Shown here piece after piece: positions 1-9,948 of a stretch of 64,000 nt of DNA (the stretch's first letter is position 1; the number at the start of each line of letters is the position of its first letter). Location of the stretch: contig CAVRZA010000011.1 in the NCBI GenBank assembly GCA_963725665.1, positions 1-64,000 on the forward strand. The letters are read 5' to 3'. The position numbers and the translations under genes were made by a program. The DNA comes from an uncultured Actinomycetes bacterium (GTDB lineage: Bacteria; Actinomycetota; Thermoleophilia; UBA2241). The notes below the pieces were generated by a model. It ran no database searches and had not been told where the DNA came from. It worked only from the letters and a program-made list of their open reading frames with translations.

Positions 1-48
1 GATATCCTTGGCGAACAGCGGCACTCCACGACGTTTCAGAGGTGGCCC

Positions 49-1398
49 ATGAATCCAGCCGACACCCAGCTGACCATGCGAGAGGGGCGCCTGCTGTTCG
101 ACGGAGCCGACGTCGTCGCGCTCGCAGAACGCCTCCCGACGCCGTTCTTCCTCTACAGCGAGCGCCGCATCGCCGAGAACGCTGCCGCGCTGCGCGACGC
201 CTTCGTGCGGCACCACGCCGACACCGAGGTGTTCTTCGCCAGCAAGGCCTGCAGCAACACGTGGTTTCTGCGCCAGGTAGGCAGAGCCGGCATCGGTGCG
301 GAGGTCAACTCTGGCGGCGAGCTCTGGAAGGCGTTGCGCGCCGGGTTCCCGCCCGAGCAGATCGTGTTCAACGGCGTCGCCAAGACGACCGCCGAGCTCC
401 AGGAGTCCGTGCAGCAAGGGATTCGGGCCGTCCTCGTAGACTCGGTCGAGGAGCTGGAACGGCTGGCCCAGGCGGCCGCAGCCGCCGGCCGTCCGGCCGG
501 CGTGCTGCTGCGCGTCGACGTGCAGGTGCCGACCCACACCCGTCCTGAGATGCAGACCGCGTACGGGGGCAAGTTCGGCATCGACCTCGACGACGCCGTG
601 GCCGCCTTCCGGCGGGCACAGGGGTTGAGCGGGATCGTCACCCGCGGTCTTCAGCTGCACATCGGCTCGCAGATCACCACCCTGGAGCCGTACATGCGAG
701 CGGTGGAGACCGCGCTCGACCTCGTGGACGAGGTCGAGCGCGCCTGCGGACTGCACCTCGAGTGCCTCGACGTCGGCGGCGGCTTTGCCGTGCCGTACAA
801 GGAAGCGGGGAAGACCGCCGATCCGACGGACTACTTCTGCGCCCCTCACGGCCTCGACGACTACGCCGAGGCGGTGTGCACCGCGCTCGAGCGGCGACGG
901 CCCGACCTGAAGCTGCTGATCGAGCCCGGCCGCTCGCTTGCCGCCACCACCGCGGTGCTCGTCACGCGCGTCGAGTGCGTCAAGACGAAGCACCTGCGCG
1001 ATGGCGCCGGCCGGCGCATCGGGGAGGATCGCTGGCTGTTGGTCGACGCCGGCTACAACACGATGCTCGACCTGCTGGCCGTGTCGTGGTACTTCCCTGT
1101 GCAGGTTGCGAGCCGGGCCGGCGAGGCGGCGGACACGCGGTTCCGCCTCGCCGGCCCGTTGTGCGACGGCGGCGACGTCTTCTTGGGCGACGACGAGACG
1201 CCTTGGCGCCGGTTCCCGAGCAGCACGACCGTCGGGGACGTGCTCGTGCTGCTCAACACCGGCGCCTACGCCCTCGAGCTGATGACCGACTTCAACGGCC
1301 GGCCGCGCGCCGGCGCCTACGCCGTGAGCGGCGGCGAGGTGGTCGCCATCCGTCGTCCCGAGACCTACGAGGACCTCGTCAGCCACGACGTCGACTAG
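49..1398 (+). CDS. Group IV (fold III) PLP-dependent decarboxylase, diaminopimelate/ornithine decarboxylase family (LysA-like, atypical specificity residues)
   Basis: FASKAC (PLP Lys), HIGSQI, DVGGG, IEPGR, GPLCDGGD and TGAY motifs; 449 aa. Confidence 0.85.
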   Translation: MNPADTQLTMREGRLLFDGADVVALAERLPTPFFLYSERRIAENAAALRDAFVRHHADTEVFFASKACSNTWFLRQVGRAGIGAEVNSGGELWKALRAGFPPEQIVFNGVAKTTAELQESVQQGIRAVLVDSVEELERLAQAAAAAGRPAGVLLRVDVQVPTHTRPEMQTAYGGKFGIDLDDAVAAFRRAQGLSGIVTRGLQLHIGSQITTLEPYMRAVETALDLVDEVERACGLHLECLDVGGGFAVPYKEAGKTADPTDYFCAPHGLDDYAEAVCTALERRRPDLKLLIEPGRSLAATTAVLVTRVECVKTKHLRDGAGRRIGEDRWLLVDAGYNTMLDLLAVSWYFPVQVASRAGEAADTRFRLAGPLCDGGDVFLGDDETPWRRFPSSTTVGDVLVLLNTGAYALELMTDFNGRPRAGAYAVSGGEVVAIRRPETYEDLVSHDVD

Positions 1399-1410
1399 AG
1401 GGAGGCTGGA

Positions 1411-2071
1411 GTGAACGATGTCCACCCGGAGACCGAGATCCTCCTCCGTCTGAAGGCGGCCATCGCCGCCTGCGACAGTCAGGCGGCGGCGGAATCGACC
1501 GAAACGGCCGTGCGGGAGGGGATCGATCCTTTGGCGGTCTGGGACGCCGTCACGGAGGCGATGACGGAGGTCGGGGCGCGCTTCGAGGCCGAAGAGTGCT
1601 GGCTGCCGGAGCTCGTGGGCGCGGCGAGCGCCGTGCAGGCCGCCGCCCCGCTCCTGGAAGCCGAGATCAAGCGCCGTGGTGCGGCCAAGCACGTCGGCCG
1701 GCACCGTGGTCGCCGGCACGGTGCAGGGCGACATCCACAGCATCGGCATCCAGATGGTCTGCACGCTCCTCATCGGCGCCGGCTTCGACGTGCGCTATCT
1801 CGGGATAGACGTGACTCCAGAGGACTTCGTGGCCGCCGTCAAGGAACATCACGCAGACATCCTCGCGATGTCGGCGCTGCTGACCGTCACGGCCTCCGAA
1901 CAGAAGGGGGTCATAGACCTGCTCGGGATGGAGGGCTTGAGAGGCTCCGTCAAGGTCATGGTCGGCGGAGGCGCCATCACGGAGGACTTCGCGGCGTCCA
2001 TCGGGGCAGACGGTTACGCGCCCTCGGCCGTGGGCGCGGTCGATCTCGCTCGGCAGTTCGCCGGCGCGTAG
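1411..2071 (+). CDS. Corrinoid (B12-binding) methyl-accepting protein, MttC/MtbC-like; frameshift near 1695-1702
   Basis: N-terminal cap domain (AMTEVGARFEAEECWLPELV) in one frame; GTVQGDIHSIG, MSALLT and VMVGGGAIT..GADGY in ORF 1676-2071; GGAGG SD before GTG. Confidence 0.85.
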
Positions 2072-2088
2072 AGAGGAGGCGAAACGAC

Positions 2089-3585
2089 ATGCTGGGTGGC
2101 TATCAGCGGCGGTTCAAGGCGGTCGCGGTGCTCGCGCCCGCCGAGCTTGAGGGGATCCATCAGGGGGCTCTCGAGATCCTCGAGGCGGCCGGCGCCAACG
2201 TCCGCCACGAGCGGGCGCTCGAGCTGCTGGCCGAGAACGGCTGTAAGGTCGACTTCGCCACCAAGACGGCGCGCATCCCGACAGGCCTGGCCGAGGACTG
2301 CCTCGACTCGTGCCCGTCGAGCTACTCGATCAGGGCCCGCGACTCGAGCAACGACGTCCGCATCGGCGGGGACCGGCTGCTCTTCATGCAGGGCATGGGC
2401 ATGCGCTACGTCGATCCGGACACGTGGGAGCTACGGAGCGCGACCCTACGCGAGCATGCCGAGGGCCAGATCGTCGGCGACGCCCTGTCCAGTGTGCACG
2501 TCATGGACGCGTGCTTCAGCTTCACCGACATCGCCGGCGTCCCGCCCGTCATGCAGCAACTGGAGTGTCTCGCAAACGGTCTGCGGTACTCGAGCAAGGC
2601 TCAGCACCACGGCTACCTGAAGGACTCCGATCGCTTCGCGATCAGGATGGCGCAGGGTGTCGGAGCGACGCTCAACGCCGAGATAGACGTGGCGCCCCCG
2701 GTCGCTTTCGCTGGCGATGCCGTCGACGCCATGATGCGCTTCGCCGAGCTCGGGTGGGGGCTGGAGGCGTGCCCGGGAGGGTCGGCGGGTGCGACCGCGC
2801 CGGCCTCGCTGGCCGGCGCGGTCGCACAGATGTGGGCGGGGACCATCGCCTTCATCGTGCTGGCGCAGCTCGTGCGCAGAGGCACGCCCGTGGCTCGCCA
2901 GCTCACCGGCACCGTGCTCCATCCGAAATGGGGTCATCCCCTGGATGGCGCGCCCGAGAGCTGGCTCCTCGGCGCCATGACCAGTCAGCTGTGCCTGCGG
3001 CACGGCATCCCCGTGACCAGCCCCGTAGGGTTCTGCGGACAGGCGAAGATGTTCGACTATCAGGCGGCCTGGGAGAAGTCGCTGGGCGTCCTCTTCTCGG
3101 TCATGAGCGGGAGCCACCTGCACGTACTGCACGGCAGCCACGGCGAGGAGCTCGGCTTCAGCAACCTCCTCCAGGTCCTCGACGACGACATCGCCCGTGC
3201 CATCGGCCGCCTGCTCGACGGCGTCGAGGTCAACGACCATGCCCTGGCCACGGACCTGGTGATCGAGCTGGGGACCGCTCCGACGAGCTTCATGAGCCTG
3301 CCCCACACCAGGGAGTACTGGATGAAGGACCGGTTCTTGCCCGGCGTGGCCGACTGGCAGTCGCACGTCGACTGGGTCAAGGGCGGCAAGACCGATCTGG
3401 TCACCCGGGCGCGGGAGAAAGTAGAGAAGATCCTGGCGACGCACACGCCGGCGCCGCTGACCCCTGAGCAAGAGCAGGCAATCGATGCGGTGCTCGATGA
3501 GGCCCGCGGCTACTATCGCGATGCGGGCCTCATCTCCGCCGACCAGTGGGAGCCCTACATGCAAGCGCTGTCGCTGAGGCCGTGA
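2089..3585 (+). CDS. mttB: Trimethylamine methyltransferase (MttB) superfamily protein, non-pyrrolysine
   Basis: ATG 2089 after AGGAGG; IHQGALEILE, GATAPASLAGAVAQ, FDYQAAWEK, A.EKVEKILATH..PL motifs; no internal amber codon. Confidence 0.88.
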   Translation: MLGGYQRRFKAVAVLAPAELEGIHQGALEILEAAGANVRHERALELLAENGCKVDFATKTARIPTGLAEDCLDSCPSSYSIRARDSSNDVRIGGDRLLFMQGMGMRYVDPDTWELRSATLREHAEGQIVGDALSSVHVMDACFSFTDIAGVPPVMQQLECLANGLRYSSKAQHHGYLKDSDRFAIRMAQGVGATLNAEIDVAPPVAFAGDAVDAMMRFAELGWGLEACPGGSAGATAPASLAGAVAQMWAGTIAFIVLAQLVRRGTPVARQLTGTVLHPKWGHPLDGAPESWLLGAMTSQLCLRHGIPVTSPVGFCGQAKMFDYQAAWEKSLGVLFSVMSGSHLHVLHGSHGEELGFSNLLQVLDDDIARAIGRLLDGVEVNDHALATDLVIELGTAPTSFMSLPHTREYWMKDRFLPGVADWQSHVDWVKGGKTDLVTRAREKVEKILATHTPAPLTPEQEQAIDAVLDEARGYYRDAGLISADQWEPYMQALSLRP

Positions 3586-3883
3586 GCCCGGTCTGAGGGT
3601 CATCGAACCCCTGTGCGCCGGGCCAGGCCGCACCCCCGTCCAACGAGTATCACCGCACGAATATGCGGCTTCCCCTTGCGAACGCTTGACGACGCGCCGC
3701 CAAAATAGCGATATGCTAGGCACCTGGGCACGGGGAGCCTCGAATGATGTGTGCCCAGCGGGGAGGTGATGCCCAGGGGAGACCGCATGTGGCGCCGCGC
3801 CTCGCGGAGCTGTCTTCATTCCGGACGCAGGGTGCGACCTAGTCGTACGCTGGCGTTCGGAGAACCTGGATTCTGGAGGGGCT

Positions 3884-5488
3884 ATGGCTGAAGAGACCAT
3901 CGTCTTTGCCCGCAAGGCATCGGGCCTTGTGCGCGAGATGAGCTGGCTCGACGTTCTTCTCATCACCATCGCCGGCCCGGCCGCGTCGGGCATGACCTAC
4001 TACGCGGTCAAGCAGCCGGGCATCTACCCGGGCGGCAACATGGTGCTGGCGTTCTTCCTCGGCGGCCTTTTGTGGCTGCTACCGGTCATGCTCATCGCCA
4101 TCTACGCGAGCTCGTTCCCGCGCAGCGGCGCCATGTACGTGGTGATCTCGCGGGCGACCCACCCGCTGCTGGGCTTCCTGCCCAACTGGCTGTGGATCAT
4201 CAGCACGGGGTTCTCGGTCGGGTTCCTCAACTACATCATGCTGAACATCCTCGCCTCGTGCATGCAGGTGGCAGGCGAGATCAGCAACAATTCGAGCCTG
4301 ATGAGCAGCGGCGAATGGCTGACCGGCAACTACCATCGGCTCTGGATAGCGCTGATCGCCACGGTCGTCATCTGGTTCTTCGAGCTGCAAGGCATGGACC
4401 GGCTGAAGTGGTTCATCCGCATCGTCGTCTACGTGCCGCTCATCTTGTCGATAACGGCCCTGATCATCATGGCCGTCACCGACGGCGCCAAGGCCTTCAA
4501 CGACATCTACGGCGCCGGCGTGTATCAGAAGGTCCAGCTGGCCGCCCAGGCGCAGGGCATCCAGGACGCGACGCTGAGCCTGTGGGGCGGCATCAGCGGC
4601 ATGCTCATGGCCGTCTTCTGGGCCTACACCGCCCTGGAGTCGATCTCGTTCGTGGGCAGCGAGGTCAAGACGCCGCGCACGGCCTTCATGCGTGGCATGA
4701 GCATCGGGTTCGCCGCCGTCATGGCGCTGTACCTACTCAACGCGTGGCTGCCGGGAGTGAGCTTCGGCTCCGATTTCGTGCGCAACTACAGCTACCTCTA
4801 CAACACCAGCGATGCGTCGTACGCAGCGTTGCAGGCGGCCATGGGAGGGGCCACGCCACCGATCCCGTCGATCCCCTTCTACGCCGCTATTGACGGCGGC
4901 ATAGCCTGGCTGTCGATAGCGCTGGGGATCGGCTTCATGTGCTGGTTCCTGAACACGTCGGTGATCATCTGGATGGCCTCCGTGCGGGGCCTCTTCGCGA
5001 TGTCGTTCGACCGCCAGCTGCCGCTCAGCTTGTGCAACGTGAGCAAGAAGGGCGTGCCCACGACGGCGACGCATCTCATCGGCATCGTAAGCCTCATCGG
5101 CTGCTTCATCGGCCTGGGCGACGCAGCCGGTACGTCGTCGGCCGGCGTCATGCTGGCGATCCTCGACTGGACCGGCATGTTCTTCATCTGGTGTGTCGGC
5201 CTCGCGGGCATCTTCCTGCCGTACACGCGGCCCGACCTGTTCGAGAAGAGCACCTTCCAGCAGAGGTGGTTCGGCATACCGGCGATGACCATCATGGGCG
5301 TCATCGTGCTGCTCATCGGGTTCTACATGATCCTCTACGTGGGCCTCGAGCTCGCCACCACCTACTCGCAGATCGGCATGGCCGCGGTGGTCACGGCCGG
5401 GTTCATGTTCGTGGCCTACATGTACGGCCGCAACCGCAGGGAGGGTATCGATCCCAACCAGATCTTCGCGCAGATCCCGCCCTCCTGA
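3884..5488 (+). CDS. APC family amino acid/amine permease
   Basis: VFARKASGLVRE N-terminus, PRSGAMYV, GSEVKTP, about 12 hydrophobic helices, F.QIPPS C-terminus. Confidence 0.88.
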   Translation: MAEETIVFARKASGLVREMSWLDVLLITIAGPAASGMTYYAVKQPGIYPGGNMVLAFFLGGLLWLLPVMLIAIYASSFPRSGAMYVVISRATHPLLGFLPNWLWIISTGFSVGFLNYIMLNILASCMQVAGEISNNSSLMSSGEWLTGNYHRLWIALIATVVIWFFELQGMDRLKWFIRIVVYVPLILSITALIIMAVTDGAKAFNDIYGAGVYQKVQLAAQAQGIQDATLSLWGGISGMLMAVFWAYTALESISFVGSEVKTPRTAFMRGMSIGFAAVMALYLLNAWLPGVSFGSDFVRNYSYLYNTSDASYAALQAAMGGATPPIPSIPFYAAIDGGIAWLSIALGIGFMCWFLNTSVIIWMASVRGLFAMSFDRQLPLSLCNVSKKGVPTTATHLIGIVSLIGCFIGLGDAAGTSSAGVMLAILDWTGMFFIWCVGLAGIFLPYTRPDLFEKSTFQQRWFGIPAMTIMGVIVLLIGFYMILYVGLELATTYSQIGMAAVVTAGFMFVAYMYGRNRREGIDPNQIFAQIPPS

Positions 5489-5512
5489 TCCCTCTTCAAA
5501 CGACTGCGTGAA

Positions 5513-5548
5513 AGAGCGGCGCCTCCCTCGGGAGGCGCCGCTCTCTTC
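5513..5548 (+). terminator. Intrinsic terminator-like hairpin after the permease
   Basis: AGAGCGGCGCCTCC-ctcg-GGAGGCGCCGCTCT, 14-bp perfect stem followed by CTTC. Confidence 0.7.
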
Positions 5549-5602
5549 ATGACAGGTCGATGACTTCGCAGTCGGCGCGGCCACGAGACAGGACGGTGCG
5601 AC

Positions 5603-6050
5603 ATGGCGGAGAGCAGATACGGAAAGTACGTGGTCGCCGAGCCGAGACTGATCACCGAGCTGGCACATCACGACTTCACCGAGGTGTCTGGCATCACCTT
5701 TCCGGACGAGGTCTATCTCGACACGGAGTTGCTCGAAGAAGCGAACCAATGGCTCGACATCATGTGGATATGGGAGATCCCCCAATCCACCCGATCTGCT
5801 CGGCGCCCACTCGCATCCCTTCGACGAGGTGGTGATGTTGATCGGCTCCAACCCGAAAGACACACGCGACTTCGGCGGAGAGATCGAGTGGTGGATGGGA
5901 GACGGTGACGAGGCTGAGAGGTTCGTCATAGGCAGGACCACGGTCATCTACGTGCCCAGGGGGTTGGCACACGGGCCCATGGACTTCCTGCGCATCGACA
6001 AGCCGGTCCTCAACGTCGTCGTCGGCCTGAACAGCGGCGATTATCAATGA
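5603..6050 (+). CDS. Conserved hypothetical cupin-like protein; frameshift near 5785
   Basis: Joined ORFs 5603-5908 and 5829-6050 give H-S-H-P-F-D-E-V-V-M-L-I-G-S-N-P...IYVPRGLAHGP, cupin-type metal motifs. Confidence 0.65.
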
Positions 6051-6174
6051 GAGCTCGCACCCCAGCCGCTTGACGCAGAGCGGCCCTCCTGAACTGTCCA
6101 GCGCCCAAGAGGTCATGAGGCTCACGGTCCCGCCGGCGGACCCACCGACGGGTCCACAACAGGCTGGCTGAGCG

Positions 6175-6391
6175 GTGTTCGCTGCGGTCCTGGCGCTTGG
6201 CGCCAGCTTCACGTGGGGATCCTCGAACTTCCTCGACGCTCGGCTACCTGAGCATCGCCTCGATCCTCGGATCTCTCGGGCCGGTTGTCACCACAGCCTG
6301 CGCGCAAGCCCTGCTCGGCGAGCGTTTGGCGGCGCGGCAGTGGGTCGGGGTCGCGACGCTCTTCACAGGCGTCGTTCTGCTCACTGTGTAG
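6175..6391 (+). pseudogene. EamA/DMT transporter relic (N-terminal and C-terminal helices only, centre deleted)
   Basis: MFAAVLALGASFTWGSSNFL followed out of frame by LSIASILGSLGPVVTTACAQALLGERLAARQWVGVATLFTGVVLL. Confidence 0.65.
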
Positions 6392-6421
6392 ACTGGGCGA
6401 TGGCGCACACAGGGGAGGGAG

Positions 6422-7063
6422 GTGACCCTGAGCGGCAGGGAGACGGAAGGGCGTTTTCGCGCTGCTTTGGAAGAGACATGCGCAGAGTGGGCTGCCGCCG
6501 ACCCTGCGTGGAGCGCCGCCCAAGCCGGCTGCCAGGTCGCGGACCGCGGCGTCGTGGTGCCCTTCTTCGCCTTGCTGCACGTCGTGACGCATCCCGCCGG
6601 TGAGGTCACTGCCGCGGGAGAGGCTGTACCCACGGCAGTGAGGATCCTGCTCCTGCACTATCTGCTGCACGCTGACGGCACGCCGATGGCGCACGAGTGG
6701 TGCGCGTTCCGGGACCTGCCAGACGGGATGTTCTACGCACGCACCTTCGCGGAGCGAGGGGAGAAGCCCGTGGCGGCCGCCTTCGGCGGACCGGCCGAGC
6801 CCACCGGTGGGAGCGGGCTCGGCCGGTTCCGCGCCGCGGCGGCCGCCCTCGGGGGCGAGTCGCTCGACCTGGCCGACGCCGCCTACGCCTTCGAGGTCTT
6901 CCCCCGGCTACGCGTGGCGGTGCTCCTCTGGGCGGGCGACGACGAGTTCCCCGCCCGGGCAAGCACGGTCTTCGACGCCGCGGCCGGTCATTACCTGCCC
7001 ACCGAGGACCTGGCCGGCATCGGCGGTTTGCTGGCGCAGCGGCTCGTCGCACTCAAGGGGTAG
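6422..7063 (+). CDS. DUF3786 domain protein
   Basis: ILLLHYLL, W..FRDLPDG.FY..F, FEVFPRL.V.VLLW.GDDEFP...VFD...HYLPTED pattern. Confidence 0.8.
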   Translation: MTLSGRETEGRFRAALEETCAEWAAADPAWSAAQAGCQVADRGVVVPFFALLHVVTHPAGEVTAAGEAVPTAVRILLLHYLLHADGTPMAHEWCAFRDLPDGMFYARTFAERGEKPVAAAFGGPAEPTGGSGLGRFRAAAAALGGESLDLADAAYAFEVFPRLRVAVLLWAGDDEFPARASTVFDAAAGHYLPTEDLAGIGGLLAQRLVALKG

Positions 7064-7104
7064 CGGGAGCAGCCCACGCCCTTGGTTCAGAACGGATGCA
7101 CAGG

Positions 7105-9645
7105 TCAAGACCCAGTCGCGCTCGGCCGCGCCACATCGGCGGCGCCACGCAAGCGCTCGCCGTCGGGATCGTAGAACGGCCGCCTGCTGAGGATCGCCGG
7201 CACGCGCGTGCCGGCGATCTCGATCTCGACGTCGTTCGCAGCCACGATCGCCTCCGCCTCGTCGGGACCACCGTCGACGAAGGCTAGACCGACCGACGCG
7301 CCGACGCTGTAGCCATAGGCGCCGGAGGTCACCCGTCCGACGATGCCGCCGCGGCGCAGAAGGGACTCGCCATGGTAGAGGAGCGGCTCTGAGTCGACGA
7401 GCCTCACGTGGACGAGCCGCCGCGACAGCGGTTCCGCGGACCGGCGGCGCAACGCCGCTCGACCGATGAAGTCCGCGTCCTTCTCGAAAGAGACCGTGAA
7501 GCCGAGACCCGCCTCGTAGGGGGTGTCGGCCGGCCCCATGTCCGCGCCCCAGTGCCGGTAGCCTTTCTCGGCGCGCAGGCCGTCGAGGGCGTGATAGCCC
7601 GCGAGATACAGCCCGAACACGCGGCCGGCCAGCACGATGCGGTCGTACAACGGCACCAGCGACTCGACCGGGGCGTACAGCTCCCAGCCGAGCTCACCGA
7701 CGAACGAGACGCGCGCGGCGAGGACCGACGCCCAGCCGACATCGATCCGCTGCGCCGTGGAGAACGGGAACGAGGCGTCGTCGAGGCTTGCCTCGGTGAT
7801 CTCCAAGAGGAGGTCTCGCGAGCGGGGGCCCATCACGCCCAGCACGCCCAGCCCGGAGGTGACATCGCTGACCGTCGTCGCCGCGTTCGCGTGGCGTCTC
7901 AGCCAATGGAACAGCTTCGTCTGGGCGGCCGCCGCCCCGACCACGAGGAAGTCCTCCTCGGCCAGCCGGGTGACGGTCACGTCGCTTTCGATCCCACCCC
8001 TCATGTTCAGAAGACAGGTGTAGACGACCGATCCCGGCTCGCGGTCGAGGTCCGAGGAGAAGACGCGCTGCACGGTATCCAGCGCGTCCGGTCCTTGCAC
8101 CCGCACCTTCGCGAACGAGGAGAGGTCGAAGAGCGCGACGGACTCGCGCGCCGCCAGGTGCTCCGCCCGCACCGCCTCGAACCAGTTCTGCCGTCCGTAG
8201 GAGTAGCGGTAGACCGGCTCCGTCCCCGACGGCGCGTACCAGTTGGCGCGCTCCCATCCGACCGCCTCGCCGAAACAGGCTCCGGCCGCGGCGAGGCGGT
8301 CGTAGAGCGGCACCCTCCGCAGCCCGCGCGCGGTCTCAGGCTGGAGGAACGGCCAGTGCATCGCGTAGAGCCTCCCGAGACCCTCACGCGTGCGCTCGAA
8401 CAGGTATGCCGCGTTGGCCTGCTCGGGCGCGAAGCGACGCACGTCGAGCTCGGCGGCGTCGATCGTGGGCACGCCCTCGTCTATCCACTCCGCGAGAGCC
8501 CTGCCGATGCCGGGACCGAAGATGATCCCCTGCGAGTTCAGGCCGGCGGCGACGTACAGACCCGCAACTTCCGCGGTCTCCCCGAGCAGGAAGGCCGCAT
8601 CGGGTGTGAAGCTCTCGGGAGCGTTCAAGAACTGGGCGAAGCGCACGTCGCGCAACGCCGGCACTCGCCGCCGAGCCTTCGCGAGAGGCAGCTCGAAGTG
8701 AGCCCAGTCAGGCTCGAACTGACCGAAAGCGAAGTCGGCTGGGATGGACGAAGCCGTCCTCGGCTTGCCGTGCGGCTCAAAGGCTCCGATCACGAGCCCG
8801 CCACGATAGTGCCGCACGTAGAAGTGGCCGTCGAGGTCGCGGAGGATCGGCAGACCGCGCTCCGCGCCCTCGACGGCCTCGGTCTGCACCCACATGTGCT
8901 CGGCGGGGTGCAGCGGCAGGCGTGCGCCGGCCAGGAGGCCGAGCTCGCGTGACCACAGGCCGGCGGCGATCACCGCTACCTCGCACTCGATCGGCCCGCG
9001 CTCGGTCTCGACGCCGATCACTCGCCCCGCCGAGAGACGGAAGCCGGTCACGCGACAGCCCTCGACGATACGGACGCCGCGGTCGAAGGCGGCCTTCGCG
9101 ACCGCGAAGGCCGCGACGCCGGGGTTGACGGTGGCGTCGCCCTCGTATAGCACGCCGCCGACGAGGCCGGCGACGTCGATGAGCGGTGAGACCTCGGCGA
9201 TCTGAGCGGAATCGAGCCTCTCGGCCGGAAGTCCGTGATGGTGCGCTATGGTCAGTCCGTAGCCCAGCTCGACCATGCGCTCGTCCGTCTGGGCCAGTGA
9301 GAGCGAGCCGTTCTCGTAGTAGCCGATGTCGACACCGGAGCGCTCGGCGAGCGCCTTGTAGAAGTCGCTGCTGTAGCCGGCCAGCTCGGTCTGGACGTGG
9401 CTGCCGCGGGTGCGGGTCATCAGCCCGGCGGCATGCCACGTCGTTCCGCAGGACACGTGCCGGCGCTCGAGAAGGACCGTGTCCTTCCAACCGAGCTCGG
9501 CGAGGTGAAAGGCTACGGAGGCGCCGATGATGCCGCCACCGACGACGACCGCCCGAGCTCGTGCCGGCGGCGTGCCTGCCGCATCGGCGCCGAACGTCCG
9601 CGCGCTCAGGCCGGTCTCGAGGAGGCGTTCGTCATTGTCGGCCAT
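7105..9645 (-). CDS. GcvT-family FAD-dependent oxidoreductase (dimethylglycine/sarcosine dehydrogenase-like)
   Basis: VVVGGGIIG, CGTTWHAAG (covalent-FAD His), PESFTPD, GWERANWY, GELGWEL, LRAEKGYRHWG; start may be 9645 or 9732. Confidence 0.9.
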   Translation of the reverse strand: MADNDERLLETGLSARTFGADAAGTPPARARAVVVGGGIIGASVAFHLAELGWKDTVLLERRHVSCGTTWHAAGLMTRTRGSHVQTELAGYSSDFYKALAERSGVDIGYYENGSLSLAQTDERMVELGYGLTIAHHHGLPAERLDSAQIAEVSPLIDVAGLVGGVLYEGDATVNPGVAAFAVAKAAFDRGVRIVEGCRVTGFRLSAGRVIGVETERGPIECEVAVIAAGLWSRELGLLAGARLPLHPAEHMWVQTEAVEGAERGLPILRDLDGHFYVRHYRGGLVIGAFEPHGKPRTASSIPADFAFGQFEPDWAHFELPLAKARRRVPALRDVRFAQFLNAPESFTPDAAFLLGETAEVAGLYVAAGLNSQGIIFGPGIGRALAEWIDEGVPTIDAAELDVRRFAPEQANAAYLFERTREGLGRLYAMHWPFLQPETARGLRRVPLYDRLAAAGACFGEAVGWERANWYAPSGTEPVYRYSYGRQNWFEAVRAEHLAARESVALFDLSSFAKVRVQGPDALDTVQRVFSSDLDREPGSVVYTCLLNMRGGIESDVTVTRLAEEDFLVVGAAAAQTKLFHWLRRHANAATTVSDVTSGLGVLGVMGPRSRDLLLEITEASLDDASFPFSTAQRIDVGWASVLAARVSFVGELGWELYAPVESLVPLYDRIVLAGRVFGLYLAGYHALDGLRAEKGYRHWGADMGPADTPYEAGLGFTVSFEKDADFIGRAALRRRSAEPLSRRLVHVRLVDSEPLLYHGESLLRRGGIVGRVTSGAYGYSVGASVGLAFVDGGPDEAEAIVAANDVEIEIAGTRVPAILSRRPFYDPDGERLRGAADVARPSATGS

Positions 9646-9948
9646 CAGAGCGCGGGTGCCGTCGAAGGCGCTTCTGCGGATCGACTCACGGCACACCCCC
9701 AAGGCCACGGCAACGGGATACTCGTCGCTCATATGCCCACTCTCGGCCCGTGAGAGTCGTGCAGGCAGTCGGCGGTGACGGCTGGCCGCGAGTGGCGGCC
9801 GCGCGGCGCGGGAACGCGGCCCCGCGACGCTACCCCGGCATCGGTAAACGGTGTGTCCGTTCCACCTCGTGGGTAGTAGCCGCCGAGGCGGTGACGCGAC
9901 GGGCCCGGGCGGCGGGCGGCGTGCCGCATCGGGTAGAGGAGAAGATCC

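Noticed and set aside
1411-3585. Apparent 724-aa corrinoid-MttB fusion ORF
   Set aside because: Artifact of the frameshift near 1700; the corrinoid gene has its own stop (2071) and MttB its own SD and ATG (2089)
7408-8952. Long antisense or alternate-frame ORFs (for example 7408-8952, 28862-30277, 59442-60950)
   Set aside because: Shadow ORFs expected at high GC opposite well-supported genes; no motifs, Arg/Ala/Pro-rich
9733-9948. Glycine riboswitch upstream of the GcvT-like gene
   Set aside because: Only a short ACTCTC..GAGAGT hairpin; no GGAGA/CCGAAG/CTCTCAGG arrangement
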